Notes under the pieces: generated by a model | What the model was told of the DNA's origin: nothing | Databases searched by the model: none | The model's input: the letters and a program-made list of their open reading frames with translations, nothing else | Sequence record: LC727699.1 | Length of the DNA: 64,000 nucleotides | Direction: 5' to 3' (one strand) | Program-made: the position numbers and the translations under genes | Shown: piece by piece, positions 62,921 through 64,000 of the stretch | How positions within the stretch are numbered: position 1 is the stretch's first letter | Layout of the letters: every line of letters starts with the position of its first letter

Positions 62921-64000
62921 ATGGCAAATGTTACAGACAAAGGCAAGATCAGTCAACTGCCGGATCTAGCTACTCTTAACGATAGCGAGTATATTGAATT
63001 AATTCATACCGATGCAGCTGGTCAAGTCGATAACTATAAGTTTCTGCTGTCAAAACTACAGACTGGAGCACCCGGTCTTAGTGCGTACGAGATTGCCGTT
63101 AAAAATGGTTTCCAGGGAACTGAAACCGAATGGCTTGATTCGCTTAAAGGTAAATCTTCTTATCAAATCGCAGTCGATCTAGGTTTCGTTGGTACTGAAG
63201 AAGAGTTTATAGCGTCCCTTAAAGGTGATGCTGGTAAGAGTGCATATGAAGTAGCTGTGGAAAACGGTTTCCAAGGTACTGAACAGGAATGGTTAACATC
63301 ACTGCATGCAACCATGACTGCTGAACTACTCCAGTCGCTCTTAAATCAACAAGGTTACACAGTTAAAGATGTACTGCGTGTAACTGGCAAGAATGGTGGA
63401 TTATCATCCAACGCTGCTTTCCATAACTTTGCTTTCCTGTTTGATAAGCGTCTAAATCAAGACGACTTAACTGCTGGTGATAAAATACCTCAGCGTATGA
63501 TGGAACAAGGTCGTATGGAAGCAGAAGGTTATTCTTATCTAAAGAACGCTTCTGCGCCCACTACGCAAGGTGCATTACCCGAATTACCTGAGTCTGAAAT
63601 TCGTATTTATGACAATGGTGAATTCCAGATTGGTAGTTTAACTGATTACATTGCATTCAAGAATGACGGTAATATCCGTATTGTTGAAGGCGTTGATGAA
63701 ACGACCGTTGATCTTAAGAACCTTCCTAAAAATGAAGGTATTAGTGGCGGTGTATTCGTCAAAGATGTACAAGCAACTGACCCCAGTCAGAACGTAGGTA
63801 GTATTGTGCGTACCCCCGATGGGCACAGCGTACAGTCATGCCTATCAACTACTAGTAATGTTCGAGTTATCGTTGATGCAATAACTGGACATTCTAGTTA
63901 TGTACCTAGTGTTAAAATCAATAACATAGATGCAGTTGTAACTCCTGGCGTTAATCCACCTATGTGGATTGCTACTGCCGATATTGATCTTGGTGCACCC
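62921..64000 (+). CDS. Tail-fibre-like protein, 3'-truncated by the window edge (gp145-like)
   Basis: Not in the ORF track; AAGGA SD; hand translation MANVTDKGKISQLPDL... with three SAYEIAVxNGFxGTExEWLxSLKG-type repeats. Confidence 0.75.
   Translation, partial: MANVTDKGKISQLPDLATLNDSEYIELIHTDAAGQVDNYKFLLSKLQTGAPGLSAYEIAVKNGFQGTETEWLDSLKGKSSYQIAVDLGFVGTEEEFIASLKGDAGKSAYEVAVENGFQGTEQEWLTSLHATMTAELLQSLLNQQGYTVKDVLRVTGKNGGLSSNAAFHNFAFLFDKRLNQDDLTAGDKIPQRMMEQGRMEAEGYSYLKNASAPTTQGALPELPESEIRIYDNGEFQIGSLTDYIAFKNDGNIRIVEGVDETTVDLKNLPKNEGISGGVFVKDVQATDPSQNVGSIVRTPDGHSVQSCLSTTSNVRVIVDAITGHSSYVPSVKINNIDAVVTPGVNPPMWIATADIDLGAP

Noticed and set aside
62749-62979. 76 aa ORF between the endolysin and the fibre gene
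   Set aside because: Runs through a terminator hairpin and overlaps the true start at 62921 in another frame; no SD.

Overview
This is a 64 kb segment of an AT-rich, phiKZ-like Pseudomonas jumbo phage (Phikzvirus/chimallivirus type). The identification rests on a KZ144-type endolysin at 61933-62715, a 747 aa gp120-type major capsid protein, a gp123-type non-virion RNA polymerase beta fragment, a DnaB helicase and the inner-head protein family. The gene order matches roughly phiKZ gp86-gp145; gp numbers are from my memory of that genome and need a BLAST check. Layout: head and inner-body genes (1-22.5 kb); small early/accessory genes including a DarG-like macrodomain and an orphan HigA-like HTH (22.6-30.3 kb); a ~630 bp ORF-free, hairpin-dense island at a strand convergence point (30.3-30.96 kb); helicase, capsid, RNAP, portal, baseplate and tail genes; a split lysis cassette; and a tail-fibre-like gene running off the end. 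No tRNA, rRNA, CRISPR array or mobile element was seen. The best candidate for something undescribed is an in-frame UGA read-through extension of the major capsid gene (36161-36244, AGKGYRYLENGTIRYLEDGNARKLEE). Its RYLENG repeats recur at the C-terminus of a separate virion gene 25 kb away (61803-61871), suggesting a shared peptide tag displayed on a minority of capsid subunits.
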